IMG/VR virus record: IMGVR_UViG_3300045988_121566 | Span: 1-64,000 of that record | Source: a virus | Length of the DNA stretch: 64,000 bases | Direction: 5' to 3' (one strand) | Shown here: positions 9,624 to 18,971 of the stretch, piece after piece | How positions within the stretch are numbered: the first letter of the stretch is position 1 | Layout of the letters: every line of letters starts with the position of its first letter | The notes under the pieces: model-generated | What the model saw: the letters and a program-made list of their open reading frames with translations, nothing else | Database searches by the model: none | Told to the model about the DNA's origin: nothing | Made by a program: the position numbers and the translations under genes

Positions 9624-10205
9624 AAATACTAATTTTTCAGGATAACCCTTCGTTACATCATAAGCCTCGACCCCTTCTATTGAGGTAAGATCCATCACTT
9701 CTGCCTTATGATGGTGTGTAACATTGTTGGTCTGCTTGGCATAGACTTCCAACTCTTTCAACATATACAGGACGTTGTCAATATCCATGGTTTCACACTC
9801 TGTATCAAACCAGATGTCAACGGTCTTTTCTCCATCCTCTTTGAGTATGTTGGTAGAGTATGATAGACTTCTACGTAAGTTTACATCGAGCCAGCGTTGC
9901 TTGTCGTTGAGAAGGAAAGAGTTGACTGCCGATGATTTGTCATAAGCAGTTATCTCTGCTATCTTTTCTGCCTTAGCTTCTTCGAGTTTCAAGGCATCCA
10001 TCTTAGCAGAGAATTGCGTAAATGCAGCTCTTACTTTGGCTTCATCGAAAGAATCTTTCGGCAGAGTACATTCGTAGCACTCATAAGCGTTCATCTCCTT
10101 GTTATACTCGGCATTGATGTGATATACCACCATGTTTCCGTACTCATACGTTTGTCTGTACTGACCTTCTGGAATAAAGGTCTTGATAAAATTAATTTTC
10201 TCCAT
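9615..10205 (-). CDS. phage protein resembling DUF4376-type tail-associated proteins
   Basis: 196-aa ATG ORF directly downstream of the RT. The pattern NSFLLNDKQRWLDVNLRRSL ... MLKELEVYAKQTNNVTHHHKAEV ... YDVTKGYPEKL resembles DUF4376 from recollection only. Confidence 0.45.
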   Translation of the reverse strand: MEKINFIKTFIPEGQYRQTYEYGNMVVYHINAEYNKEMNAYECYECTLPKDSFDEAKVRAAFTQFSAKMDALKLEEAKAEKIAEITAYDKSSAVNSFLLNDKQRWLDVNLRRSLSYSTNILKEDGEKTVDIWFDTECETMDIDNVLYMLKELEVYAKQTNNVTHHHKAEVMDLTSIEGVEAYDVTKGYPEKLVFSF

Positions 10206-10212
10206 AGTCTTT

Positions 10213-11379
10213 TTACTTTTTAAATTTATTTTTTATTTTGATTTTCTTCATATTTACACAGAAGACTCTGTCTTTATGTGGCATCATCGCCCATGCCTTT
10301 CGCCTAACGTTATATGTATTATAATGAAAAAGTACGCCCATCAGGCTGTTGATGCGGTTTACGTACCTCTTCATAACTTCACCTTTAGGGTCAGACATCG
10401 TTCCGAATTTATCTATCACGTCATATAAATGTTCAACTGTACGTGAGTTTGGGAGTGTTCTGCCTGGGCGAATTAATGCGCCTGTAAACCTCACTCCACT
10501 CGATGCCCTCTGTAGGCTAACCTTTCGTGGATGCAGTGTAAGCCCATGTTCTTCTAACAGATAGTTTCTCGATTCTTGTAGGATATTCATAAGCAATTTT
10601 TTATCCCTACTGATAACTACGAAATCATCTACATATCTTCCATATCCACCATCTTCTCCCACTCTGTCTATCATCAGTTTATCGAATTGAGATAGAAGAA
10701 GGTTTGCAAGAAGTTGTGATGGTAGGTTTCCGATAGGCAAGCCGACACCTTTTCCACAGGTGAATAACGACTTATTCTTCGGCAGCTTATTCCACAAACT
10801 CAAATCACCCACCTTTATACAGTTCTTTGTCGGGTCGTGCAAGACAACTTTCTTCCATAGCCACAGCCACCATTCTATATCACTTCCATGATACTTTTCT
10901 ATGATAACCTTTTCAAGTAGCCTATAAAGGAGCGCACGATTAATGCTCATAAAGAAGCCTTGTAGGTCACATTTCAACACCCACGATTCCGTGGTGTAGT
11001 TATCGCTCACTCGCTTTATTTGCTTCTTGACATCAGCGATACCGTAATCAGTGCCCTTGCCTGCACGACAGGCATACGCCTTGTCTGTCATTTCACTTTC
11101 GAGTATGTCTGCAAATTTAATCGCAAGCAGATGGTGTACTATCCTGTCTCGGAATGCAGCACAGAACACTTCCCTTAGCTTTGGTCTCGTTACGCAGAAA
11201 GTCTTACTCTTACTTATCTCGTATGACATAGAGTTAAGTTCGATATATAGTTGATAATTATTCGCAATGTAGTTCATCTTGTATTCGATGCAGCCTGGTG
11301 TTGAACCCTTATGCTTACAGCAGTCGTAATAGGCATCATATACCTCGTCTATCGTTACATATTCTCTTTCAAATTTCAT
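10213..11379 (-). CDS. DGR reverse transcriptase
   Basis: YVDD catalytic box (GRYVDDFVVIS) and LPIGNLPSQ (the [ILV]GxxxSQ motif typical of DGR RTs). The track start at 11394 is TTG; the first ATG is at 11379 (MKFEREY). TR lies 46 nt upstream. Confidence 0.9.
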   Translation of the reverse strand: MKFEREYVTIDEVYDAYYDCCKHKGSTPGCIEYKMNYIANNYQLYIELNSMSYEISKSKTFCVTRPKLREVFCAAFRDRIVHHLLAIKFADILESEMTDKAYACRAGKGTDYGIADVKKQIKRVSDNYTTESWVLKCDLQGFFMSINRALLYRLLEKVIIEKYHGSDIEWWLWLWKKVVLHDPTKNCIKVGDLSLWNKLPKNKSLFTCGKGVGLPIGNLPSQLLANLLLSQFDKLMIDRVGEDGGYGRYVDDFVVISRDKKLLMNILQESRNYLLEEHGLTLHPRKVSLQRASSGVRFTGALIRPGRTLPNSRTVEHLYDVIDKFGTMSDPKGEVMKRYVNRINSLMGVLFHYNTYNVRRKAWAMMPHKDRVFCVNMKKIKIKNKFKK

Positions 11380-11424
11380 TTTTTTTAATGGCAAATACAG
11401 AGATAATCGTCACTACCTGATAAT

Positions 11425-11517
11425 CGAAAACTGGCAAAACCACGTTGCTGTTCGACTTGTTGTTGTTGTTCGCACTACTACTGTAGTTCCAAGCGTTCGT
11501 AGCATTGTTCTGCGTAT
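11425..11517 (-). repeat. DGR template repeat (TR)
   Basis: 93 nt matching 12037-12129 at a constant offset of 612. Coding sense is AAC-rich (AAC AAC AAC AAC AAG TCG AAC AGC AAC). All differences from VR fall on TR adenines. Confidence 0.9.
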
Positions 11518-11588
11518 CTCGGTACATTCTCCGTTTTTACGGTCTGAACACTTCTCCATTAAGAGTTGCGTGTTAATACCCCTTGTCA

Positions 11589-11987
11589 CTATAGTGACGG
11601 CACCCTCGTGTTGCATACAGCTTCACGACTCTCACCTTTGCGCTTTTGCTCTGCCTTCTGCCAACCATACGCCTCTCTCAGTACCTTCTCCGCTAAATGA
11701 TTGAGGTTGGTTGCCTGTTTCTTATTCAGAAACTCAGCATCCGTGAGGAGGTTGATCCTTGAGTTGACTTCCGACATGAGCAATATATATTCATGTATAC
11801 GATCATCTCTTTCCGTCCAGCTCTCGTTGATTCTGCGTATCATATCGAGTGCTGTGCAAGCCTTGCTGACAGCCTCATTATAGGTGCTGTATCTAACAAT
11901 CTTGCTGACGGTCTTGCTATACTTTAGAAGTATCTTGCACAAGACAAGCGTATCTTTGTATATAAACAAATTCTCTGTAAGTGCCAT
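11589..11987 (-). CDS. avd: DGR accessory variability determinant (Avd-like helical bundle protein)
   Basis: 133 aa counted from ATG 11987 (MALTENLF). Helical and basic, with the C-terminal region REAYGWQKAEQKRK as in Bacteroidota Avd proteins. Lies between VR and TR. Confidence 0.8.
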   Translation of the reverse strand: MALTENLFIYKDTLVLCKILLKYSKTVSKIVRYSTYNEAVSKACTALDMIRRINESWTERDDRIHEYILLMSEVNSRINLLTDAEFLNKKQATNLNHLAEKVLREAYGWQKAEQKRKGESREAVCNTRVPSL

Positions 11988-12028
11988 TTTCTTGAAAAGA
12001 GATTTAAAGAGATGAAGAGATAAAGAGG

Positions 12029-13984
12029 TTAACAAGCGAAAACTGGCAAAACCACGAAGCTGCTCGACTTGCCGTAGTTGATCGCACTACTACTGGAGCT
12101 CCAAGCGCTCGTAGCACTGCCCTGCGTAGAAGTCCACCTGTTTTTTTTCATTACGAAGTTGTAGTAGTCTGTAGCAACCGTCTCGCCAAACAGTGTTTCC
12201 AGCACCTGCCGAATGATACCGATATTGGCTACATGCACGTATTCCTGTCCAACCGACATGAGGAAACCATGTAAATCCTCACCACCGATTGTGAATATCT
12301 GACCATACGCATAATCAAAGGCTGGCACAGACAAGCTACGTTCCTGAGCCTCCTGTCTGATAAGGTATGATGAAGACTCTCCGTTGTAGTAATTTGCATC
12401 ATTCACGTTATTTCCGTTCAGAGCAATAGAATTAAACTGTAATTGCTGCGTACACCACGACGTACTTATCAGTTTTGACACATTCTTAATATCACTTGTA
12501 CGAATACAGAAAGTACCATGATTGATAGGAAGTGAAGCGCCTGCCACCTTGATAGCTACTGCGTCATCAGCGTTTCTTCCTGCGGTCACCCAGTCTTCGA
12601 TGTAGTACTCATTTTTATCAATATCTACCACAAATATACCCGACTTGAACTGGTAGAATCTGTAGTCGATAAGTCTCTGAGGAACGTTTGCCGTATAGGT
12701 TCTCGAGTTTTTATTGAAGCTGACATTGTAGCCTTCTTGATTATCAATTCTTACTGTATATTCCTTCTTGTATGGCACGAATACCGTCACCTGACCTTTC
12801 GCATCAGTCTGATATGTAGTATCCTTCCTGTCAACTGTCACAATAACAGGAATGCCTTCCCAAGCTGTGCCTACGTTCTCAACATACTTGGTAGCAGTGA
12901 TAATCACCTTCTCCATACTGTCCTCATCGTAAGGCAGATATTCCACATTGATATTTCGGCTACCCAATACTGCTGTATAGCCAACAGGAGCGATAGGCTG
13001 AGCATTGCCATATTCAGGGAACACTACCTGATAGTAGTTGCCTCGGTCGATGGTAAATGTAGCCTTACCCTCTGCGTTGGTTGTATACGTCTGAGGTGTC
13101 TTTCCGTTGTTGAGGAACACATTGATTTTAATGCCTGCCACGTTTATAGAATCAACAGAAGATGCGATGGTTACAGTCACTTCCTCATCTGTATTGATGA
13201 CATCTACCGACTTGGTTTCTCCGTTTCGGTTTGTTACAGATATTATTGAGCCTGACAGCTCCACATTGCAAGTTTCTGCTCCTGTCGTTGCAGTCTCTGC
13301 TGCTCGGATAGCGGTGTTTGTGTTATTGGCAGCGGTATTAGCTGCGTTGATGGATGCAGTAAGGGCATTGAGGTCTATATTGTCAAGTTTTCCCTTGTCT
13401 TCTCCAGACATAAAGCCAGGTTGACCTGGTAAATGATGGACTGAGCCGTGGGAAGGACCAGAAGCTAATGGAATACTAATTATTTTATGTTTGCCATCTG
13501 CAAACTCAAATAGCAGATTATTTAGTTTCACGTTAGGATTGAAGCTACCATCTACATCCGTATCAGTAAAACGAATGTCAGAAATAGTCTCACTCTTTTT
13601 AGAGTAATCCTTTAAATCTACACTCGTGGTAAATTCTCCTAATTGTTCCCAATCAGTATCTTTGACATTTGTAATATCGCTACCAGTAAATATATACTCT
13701 TTATATATATTCTTATTAGTCTTTTCATCAACACCTCTTGGAACCAAAAATATATGCTTACTTTGTTTTTCTGTCAGTTGTGTAGGAAGTTCAAGAGCTA
13801 TTTCGTGTATATCAGTATCAACATTTCCTAACTGAGAAAGAGGAACATTACCTCCTGCATCAAGAGAGGCAATACCATTTGCTACGCCCTTAGTATCAAG
13901 GACACTTTTCTTTGACTTGTCTATCTGTGTCTTGATGCCTTGCAGGAGTCTTAAAACACTATTTCTATCTAAATATTTTTCCAT
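12029..13984 (-). CDS. tail fibre / receptor-binding protein, DGR target
   Basis: The N-terminal KGVANGIASLDAGGNVPLSQLG motif is common in phage fibres. VR occupies the last ~31 codons (WTSTQGSATSAWSSSSSAINYGKSSSFVVLPVFAC). Confidence 0.85.
   Translation of the reverse strand: MEKYLDRNSVLRLLQGIKTQIDKSKKSVLDTKGVANGIASLDAGGNVPLSQLGNVDTDIHEIALELPTQLTEKQSKHIFLVPRGVDEKTNKNIYKEYIFTGSDITNVKDTDWEQLGEFTTSVDLKDYSKKSETISDIRFTDTDVDGSFNPNVKLNNLLFEFADGKHKIISIPLASGPSHGSVHHLPGQPGFMSGEDKGKLDNIDLNALTASINAANTAANNTNTAIRAAETATTGAETCNVELSGSIISVTNRNGETKSVDVINTDEEVTVTIASSVDSINVAGIKINVFLNNGKTPQTYTTNAEGKATFTIDRGNYYQVVFPEYGNAQPIAPVGYTAVLGSRNINVEYLPYDEDSMEKVIITATKYVENVGTAWEGIPVIVTVDRKDTTYQTDAKGQVTVFVPYKKEYTVRIDNQEGYNVSFNKNSRTYTANVPQRLIDYRFYQFKSGIFVVDIDKNEYYIEDWVTAGRNADDAVAIKVAGASLPINHGTFCIRTSDIKNVSKLISTSWCTQQLQFNSIALNGNNVNDANYYNGESSSYLIRQEAQERSLSVPAFDYAYGQIFTIGGEDLHGFLMSVGQEYVHVANIGIIRQVLETLFGETVATDYYNFVMKKNRWTSTQGSATSAWSSSSSAINYGKSSSFVVLPVFAC
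12037..12129 (-). repeat. DGR variable repeat (VR)
   Basis: Counterpart of the TR. 12037-12056 is identical to TR 11425-11444 (IMH-like end). There are 13 A-site substitutions in the next 72 nt. Confidence 0.9.
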
Positions 13985-13996
13985 TTGCTAATATTT

Positions 13997-14755
13997 TTAT
14001 CTAAATACACTTGATATACAACTGTCAATATCAGAATCTGTCATTGCTGTAATAACTTCGCTATTGTTGTTTAACAGACCTAACACAGAGCGGTTATGAG
14101 TTTTAAAACCAACTGCTGTAACATCTAATGGAACTTCAAATCTTCCACCATCAAAGCCACCAATAGAACGAGGGTATGGATCGTCATCTCCTCCACTTGT
14201 TTCCCATTTTTCTAACTTAACATCATAGCCATCTTTATTAAAGGCTATAACAGCAGGAAGAGCACTGATGTTTCTGATTTCTTTAACGCCTATGATATTG
14301 TGGTCGTTTAACCCAAGATCGCTGTGCATAAAATTGCTGCCATCTATTCTGAGATATTCATCTTTTAGTTTGTCCCAAACGGCTTGAGCAATCTTCTCGA
14401 TGGTAATGGCATTGTTTTCAATCTCCTGAGTGCCAACAGCTCCTTCTTGGATATTGACTCTTTCTACAGCTCCATTTCCAATGATGCTTGAAGTAACTGC
14501 GTGTTCTGCCAGTTTTCTTTCCGTGACTGCTTCATCATGGAGTTTTTCGGTTGTTACGGAATCGTTCGCTATCTCGTCAGTGCCAACAGCGCCGTCCTGG
14601 ATATTATCTCTCAGAACCGCACCTGTTCCAAGTTTTTCGGAAGTAACAGCTTCGTCAGCTAACTTTTCGGTTGTTACAGACCTGTCCTCGTAATCTTCAG
14701 TTTTCATTTGAGGAACTTTCGTTCCTAACCTAATATCTTCTCTAAATGTAGGCAT
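13997..14755 (-). CDS. tail fibre protein with short tandem peptide repeats
   Basis: Repeated units such as DEAVTSEKLGTGAV, DGAVGTDEIANDSVTTEKL and DEAVTERKLAEHAVTSS. Lies immediately upstream of the DGR target gene. Confidence 0.65.
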   Translation of the reverse strand: MPTFREDIRLGTKVPQMKTEDYEDRSVTTEKLADEAVTSEKLGTGAVLRDNIQDGAVGTDEIANDSVTTEKLHDEAVTERKLAEHAVTSSIIGNGAVERVNIQEGAVGTQEIENNAITIEKIAQAVWDKLKDEYLRIDGSNFMHSDLGLNDHNIIGVKEIRNISALPAVIAFNKDGYDVKLEKWETSGGDDDPYPRSIGGFDGGRFEVPLDVTAVGFKTHNRSVLGLLNNNSEVITAMTDSDIDSCISSVFR

Positions 14756-15020
14756 AACAAATTTCTTTTGGTTGAGTTGATGTAAATATCTTAATTTTGA
14801 ATTGAGGGGAAGGTATGCGGATTCTGAAACAGAAAGATTTATTATCCTTGTGCCTCTTTATCGGAACTCGATACCATTTATCATCACCACAATTTTGCCT
14901 GATAACAACCTTTCCGGGAGTGGTAAGATTGATTGTTAAGTACACATTGCGATGCACGCTTAGTTCTTCGGAAACCCAAGCATTTTCTTCGTTGCTATAT
15001 GAAGTAGCTATCTTTTCCAT
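14742..15020 (-). CDS. hypothetical small structural-module protein
   Basis: The first ATG (15020) sits 2 nt after the stop of the upstream gene. The longer track ORF (to 15179) would overlap it. Confidence 0.5.
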   Translation of the reverse strand: MEKIATSYSNEENAWVSEELSVHRNVYLTINLTTPGKVVIRQNCGDDKWYRVPIKRHKDNKSFCFRIRIPSPQFKIKIFTSTQPKEICYAYI

Positions 15021-15021
15021 C

Positions 15022-15714
15022 TTATTTATTTTGGTTAGCACCCAGTTGCTGCAGAGCAATAGAATACATTTGATTAGCCTTAGAATCATCATAGGCAGAA
15101 AGAAGTAAGAAGGCAAGATAGTAGATGAAGGCACCACGGAAGTTGTCGGAGATTTCGACAGAATCGTCCTCCTCGCCACTGCCCTTTGTTACGTCTGTAG
15201 GCACGCCTACATAAGATACGGAAATCGTTCCATCGGAAGGCATAGGCTGTACCAATACCTGCAGTGGCTTGACGCGCATGATGGCAGCTTGTGGTCGGTC
15301 GACGGTTCCCTTGGAAGTGTCATCAAACATCATCAGTGCCTCATCAGAGGTGTCCTCTACAGGAATGACAGCCTTGTGCCACCCTTTGCCACGTACACGG
15401 TTGATATTGAACACAGAGACAGACGAAGGCATTGTGATAACGCCAATATCCTCGTGCCCATCAAAGGAGGTTACCGTCATAGTAGCGGTTGTAGATGCCA
15501 CATCGGAAGAAGCATTCTTCTGTGTAGAAGAAGATGATGAAAGCACCGAAGAAGCGGAAGCAGTAATAGCAATCCAATGTAATGCATCAGGAATCTTTGC
15601 GCGGATGATATTCTCCATGTACACGTCGTCTTTATCGTCTGCGATATAAGATGTACCAGAAGTTTCCTCGTCAATACACCATCGTACCTGTTTTATGATT
15701 TCATCTACTCTCAT
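15022..15714 (-). CDS. hypothetical head/neck-module protein
   Basis: 230-aa ATG ORF, co-oriented with and packed against the capsid genes. Confidence 0.6.
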   Translation of the reverse strand: MRVDEIIKQVRWCIDEETSGTSYIADDKDDVYMENIIRAKIPDALHWIAITASASSVLSSSSSTQKNASSDVASTTATMTVTSFDGHEDIGVITMPSSVSVFNINRVRGKGWHKAVIPVEDTSDEALMMFDDTSKGTVDRPQAAIMRVKPLQVLVQPMPSDGTISVSYVGVPTDVTKGSGEEDDSVEISDNFRGAFIYYLAFLLLSAYDDSKANQMYSIALQQLGANQNK

Positions 15715-15738
15715 TATACCTTATTTATATATAGCGGA

Positions 15739-16218
15739 TTATGGCTCGAAGTCGGGGAAGATAATGTTGTACTTTGACGCCTGTTTCATGGCATTAGCCA
15801 AAGTGCGGTAATCTTTATCAAAGCGCTTGTTTACATACTCGATAACGTCTGCAGTAGAAACAACACCCATCACCCGTTCCTTCTCAGGCTCAGCCTCATC
15901 GGTGTATTTTTCGGAAGTCTCCTCTTTTTCAGTAACGGCATCGTGCGCCTGCAAAGCTTCTTGCTTCTCCTTATCAAGAGCAGCCTGCTCGCCAGGGTAT
16001 TCCTCCTCGGAGTGCTCGAGAATGATGGTGTTGTTAAGAAAAAGAGGGTTGGACTCCAGGAGATCCTGGCAGTATCTGTTGCGAAGTGTCAGTGACGGAT
16101 ACTTGTTGATAACCACATTGCCGTTAGTGAAGTTGTATCGTACCTTGTTGCCATGCTTTCCTTCAAGCAGATAACTTACATTATTATTGCTGACTCTCGC
16201 CTTGTATGTTTTAATCAT
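15739..16218 (-). CDS. hypothetical head-module protein (acidic centre)
   Basis: 159-aa ATG ORF just downstream of the capsid-gene terminator. Confidence 0.6.
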   Translation of the reverse strand: MIKTYKARVSNNNVSYLLEGKHGNKVRYNFTNGNVVINKYPSLTLRNRYCQDLLESNPLFLNNTIILEHSEEEYPGEQAALDKEKQEALQAHDAVTEKEETSEKYTDEAEPEKERVMGVVSTADVIEYVNKRFDKDYRTLANAMKQASKYNIIFPDFEP

Positions 16219-16233
16219 ATTACTTTAGAATTT

Positions 16234-16266
16234 AAAAAGGGGGCGAGGCTTACCGCACCCGCCCCC
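16234..16266 (-). terminator. intrinsic terminator after the capsid gene
   Basis: On the minus strand GGGGGCG (16266-16260) pairs with CGCCCCC (16245-16239), followed by TTTTTAAATT. Confidence 0.7.
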
Positions 16267-16310
16267 ATAATGAGTAAATATATATTGGTTGAAATGAAAA
16301 AGAACTCACA

Positions 16311-17984
16311 TTACGCAGCTACGTCCTGACCTGCGTATATAGACCAAGCTGAACCATCGTAGTAATAGACAGTACCAGCCTCGTAGGTTGTACCACCATT
16401 GACATAGTCCTTAGTAAGAGCCACCTTCATACCCTTTGCAGGAGTAGCAGGAAGCTTTGCAGCAGAGATGATTGCGCCCAAAGACTCGGTAGCAATCTTG
16501 TTGATCTTGCTTGCAGGACCGACAAGGATAGAGTTGTAACCGCGGAGAGCAACAGAGTCTGCCTCTTGGTGAATCCATCGCTTTGCGTCACGGACCTCGC
16601 CGCCACCCTTGGACATATCGTTTGTCTGCTCGCGCTTACCAATCTTGACGTAACGGCGTGAAGCCTTAGGGTCGAAGATGACCATGAAGTCAGACAAGCC
16701 CATAAGGTCGAGTGTCTGAGCCCAGATAAAGTCGATAGATCCGAATGTGTCCTTGAATCGCTTGAACGACAAATCGAACTCATTGTGATTGATGAAGTCG
16801 TTCTGATGGCTGCCCTCAAGTTTGATATTCTCAAGCCTCTCGATGGCATTCTTGCCACAGAAAGCAAAGCAGCGGTTGTTCTCAGAGAACTCTGTGAACT
16901 GCAACTTTGAGATGGCAATCAGGTCGGATAGAGTATACTCGTCACCAATGGCGTAAGTGTTGGTAAGCTGATTGATGATACCCTCAGAGGTGTATACATC
17001 TTCTATCTGGCCATCGCCAGTTTCAGCCTTGAAACGAGACTTAATGCCCATCAGATACGTGCGCTCAGCACGGAGATTATACTTGATGATGGCATCGGTC
17101 TTGAGATCTGCCACCGTGATAGGCTGCTCCTTCTTTACCTTTTCGTAGTCGTCAGTAAAGACGATGTTGAGCAACTTCTTCTGTACATAGACAGACTTCT
17201 CGCGAGGCTGGAAGTTCTCTGGGGTAATGGTAAGCTGAGACTCAGAAGCCGCAGAAGAAGCAGCGAGCAGAGTAGTGCCTACCGGTATTTCAGGACAAGT
17301 CATGTTGTCGAGGTTTTCTCGCGTATCGCCCTCGTTCTTAGGCATACCATTAACGGCCTGCATGACAGCCTTCTTGCCGTTAGACTCAATGACGTAGAGC
17401 ATTAGTGTGCCCTCTGTCTTAGTCTTAGAACCTTCCTTGTAACCAGGGACACCCGACACGATAACAGTGGTACCTTTGTAGAAAGGACGGATAGAGCCAG
17501 AGAAGTTGGTAGAGTTGATTTCTACTGTATCGCCAGCTACAATCTTCTGAGTAACCTGACCATCAAGAGTCTCGCCACCCACACGCTGGTGAGATACAGA
17601 CCAGTTTTTGATATTGACGGTCTTTGCCATCTGGCGAACGATAGAGAGGATAGGAGTCTTGAAAGGATAGAACTTTACAATTTCGGAGTCCCACTCCTTT
17701 TCGAGCAGACCACCCTCTCGAAGCTGAGTTGATGAAGCCTGAGATCCTGTTAAGTCCTGTCCGTCCTTCTTACCGCCTGGACTCAGTCGGTCGTTAGTAT
17801 CAGGATTGACAGGCTCTTTCGCCTCAACCGTTTCCTTAGATGCGGGTTCAACGCCCTCGTTGCCAATCTGTGGCTCAACATTGTCGGCCAAAGCGAGAAC
17901 GCCACCACCCGTTGCAACTGCGAGTAACATCAGCACCATCTTTAAGACGGACTGAAAGGAAAAATAATTCATTACTTTCTTCAT
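16311..17984 (-). CDS. candidate major capsid protein (HK97-fold type) with a long N-terminal extension
   Basis: 557 aa. Lies downstream of a scaffold-like gene and is followed by a strong terminator. Contains KKLLNIVFTDDYEKV-type segments as in capsid proteins. The N-terminus is hydrophobic (MVLMLLAVATGGGVLALA). Confidence 0.55.
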   Translation of the reverse strand: MKKVMNYFSFQSVLKMVLMLLAVATGGGVLALADNVEPQIGNEGVEPASKETVEAKEPVNPDTNDRLSPGGKKDGQDLTGSQASSTQLREGGLLEKEWDSEIVKFYPFKTPILSIVRQMAKTVNIKNWSVSHQRVGGETLDGQVTQKIVAGDTVEINSTNFSGSIRPFYKGTTVIVSGVPGYKEGSKTKTEGTLMLYVIESNGKKAVMQAVNGMPKNEGDTRENLDNMTCPEIPVGTTLLAASSAASESQLTITPENFQPREKSVYVQKKLLNIVFTDDYEKVKKEQPITVADLKTDAIIKYNLRAERTYLMGIKSRFKAETGDGQIEDVYTSEGIINQLTNTYAIGDEYTLSDLIAISKLQFTEFSENNRCFAFCGKNAIERLENIKLEGSHQNDFINHNEFDLSFKRFKDTFGSIDFIWAQTLDLMGLSDFMVIFDPKASRRYVKIGKREQTNDMSKGGGEVRDAKRWIHQEADSVALRGYNSILVGPASKINKIATESLGAIISAAKLPATPAKGMKVALTKDYVNGGTTYEAGTVYYYDGSAWSIYAGQDVAA

Positions 17985-18011
17985 GTTATATACTATTAAA
18001 AATGTTATTTG

Positions 18012-18806
18012 TTAATTGCTTCTGATGTCATCGAAGAAACTCTCTCGCTTTATGGCCTTAGCAGGCTCGTTTCCGCTTCCGGAATTGGCAAGAGAAGGAG
18101 GCATACCTCCCTCTGTCTTAGAGGAGCGCACCTTGTTCTGGATCTTCTCGTTACGAGCCTGCATGGCAGCTTCCTCGCGAGCCGAAGAAATGTCAGCATC
18201 GTAGCTGTATGCGTTCTTAAAGAGCTTCCATGTTTCGGCAGAGATATTGCCATCTTCGGCATCCTGTATAACGCTAAATACTTTTCCCCACAGGTCGTTA
18301 GTTTCCTCGTCAGAGAGTCCCAAACCCTGTAACGTTTCGTAAGACTTTCGGAGATTGTCATCGAGCATCTGCGAGTGCTTCTCCTGTTCGGCTACCTTTT
18401 CCTGAAACTTGGTAATCTGAGTAGCAACCTTCTTTCCAAGCTCCTCATCTTCGAGTGCCGCCTTGATGTCGATACCCTGCGAAGCCATCCACTCAAAAGG
18501 ATGCATATTCTTCCGTGTAGAGTCGATCACCATAGCCGCCAGCCACTTGTTGCTGTCGAGCATCTTTGAGAGAGCCTTTCCGCTTTCCTCGTACTTGGAG
18601 AGCATATCGGCATCGTCGTTCATGGCGCCATAGCGAGCCTCCTTGTCCTCGAAGTCGATGTCGGAATGGCGCTTAGAGAAACGCTTTGAGAAGGCCGTGC
18701 GGTTAGGGCGCTCGTCCTCAGCAGGAGCATCTTGTTCCGTGCCGACAGAAGGGGCGCTTGTCGCCTCTTTAGCTTCCATCATTTTGGCTTGTTCTTCCTT
18801 TTTCAT
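18012..18806 (-). CDS. candidate scaffolding protein
   Basis: 264 aa, acidic, helical and low-complexity. Lies immediately upstream of the capsid candidate on the same strand. Confidence 0.5.
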   Translation of the reverse strand: MKKEEQAKMMEAKEATSAPSVGTEQDAPAEDERPNRTAFSKRFSKRHSDIDFEDKEARYGAMNDDADMLSKYEESGKALSKMLDSNKWLAAMVIDSTRKNMHPFEWMASQGIDIKAALEDEELGKKVATQITKFQEKVAEQEKHSQMLDDNLRKSYETLQGLGLSDEETNDLWGKVFSVIQDAEDGNISAETWKLFKNAYSYDADISSAREEAAMQARNEKIQNKVRSSKTEGGMPPSLANSGSGNEPAKAIKRESFFDDIRSN

Positions 18807-18931
18807 TTTTAAAAATAATTATGTAAATAATATTTCTGCAAATATCACGAAAAAAAAGGATTGGTTTTCCGTTAGTAACCAAGGGTAATCGTACATGGGG
18901 AACAATGGGCAAAGAGAGGATATACATTTCT

Positions 18932-18939
18932 TATTTTTG
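18932..18939 (+). promoter_or_regulatory. candidate -7 box for the portal operon
   Basis: TATTTTTG (TAnnTTTG) lies 33 nt upstream of ATG 18972, in the divergent intergenic region. Confidence 0.35.
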
Positions 18940-18971
18940 CGCTAAAACAACAAGAATCTGTATATAAAAAA

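Larger units (their letters stand above)
10213..13984 (-). other. diversity-generating retroelement cassette (target gene with VR - avd - TR - RT)
   Basis: TR/VR pair with adenine-only mismatches, an Avd-like ORF and a DGR-type RT in canonical order on one strand. Confidence 0.9.

Noticed and set aside
10213-11379. The RT as a group II intron maturase or retron RT.
   Set aside because: No intron RNA domains or maturase/endonuclease extension are evident, and no msr/msd-like inverted repeats flank it. The TR/VR pair with A-only changes plus Avd fully explains it as a DGR.
11413-11616. 67-aa ORF covering the template repeat.
   Set aside because: It coincides with the non-coding TR/spacer of the DGR. 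Its Thr/Arg-rich product is an artefact of the AAC-rich repeat read in another frame.
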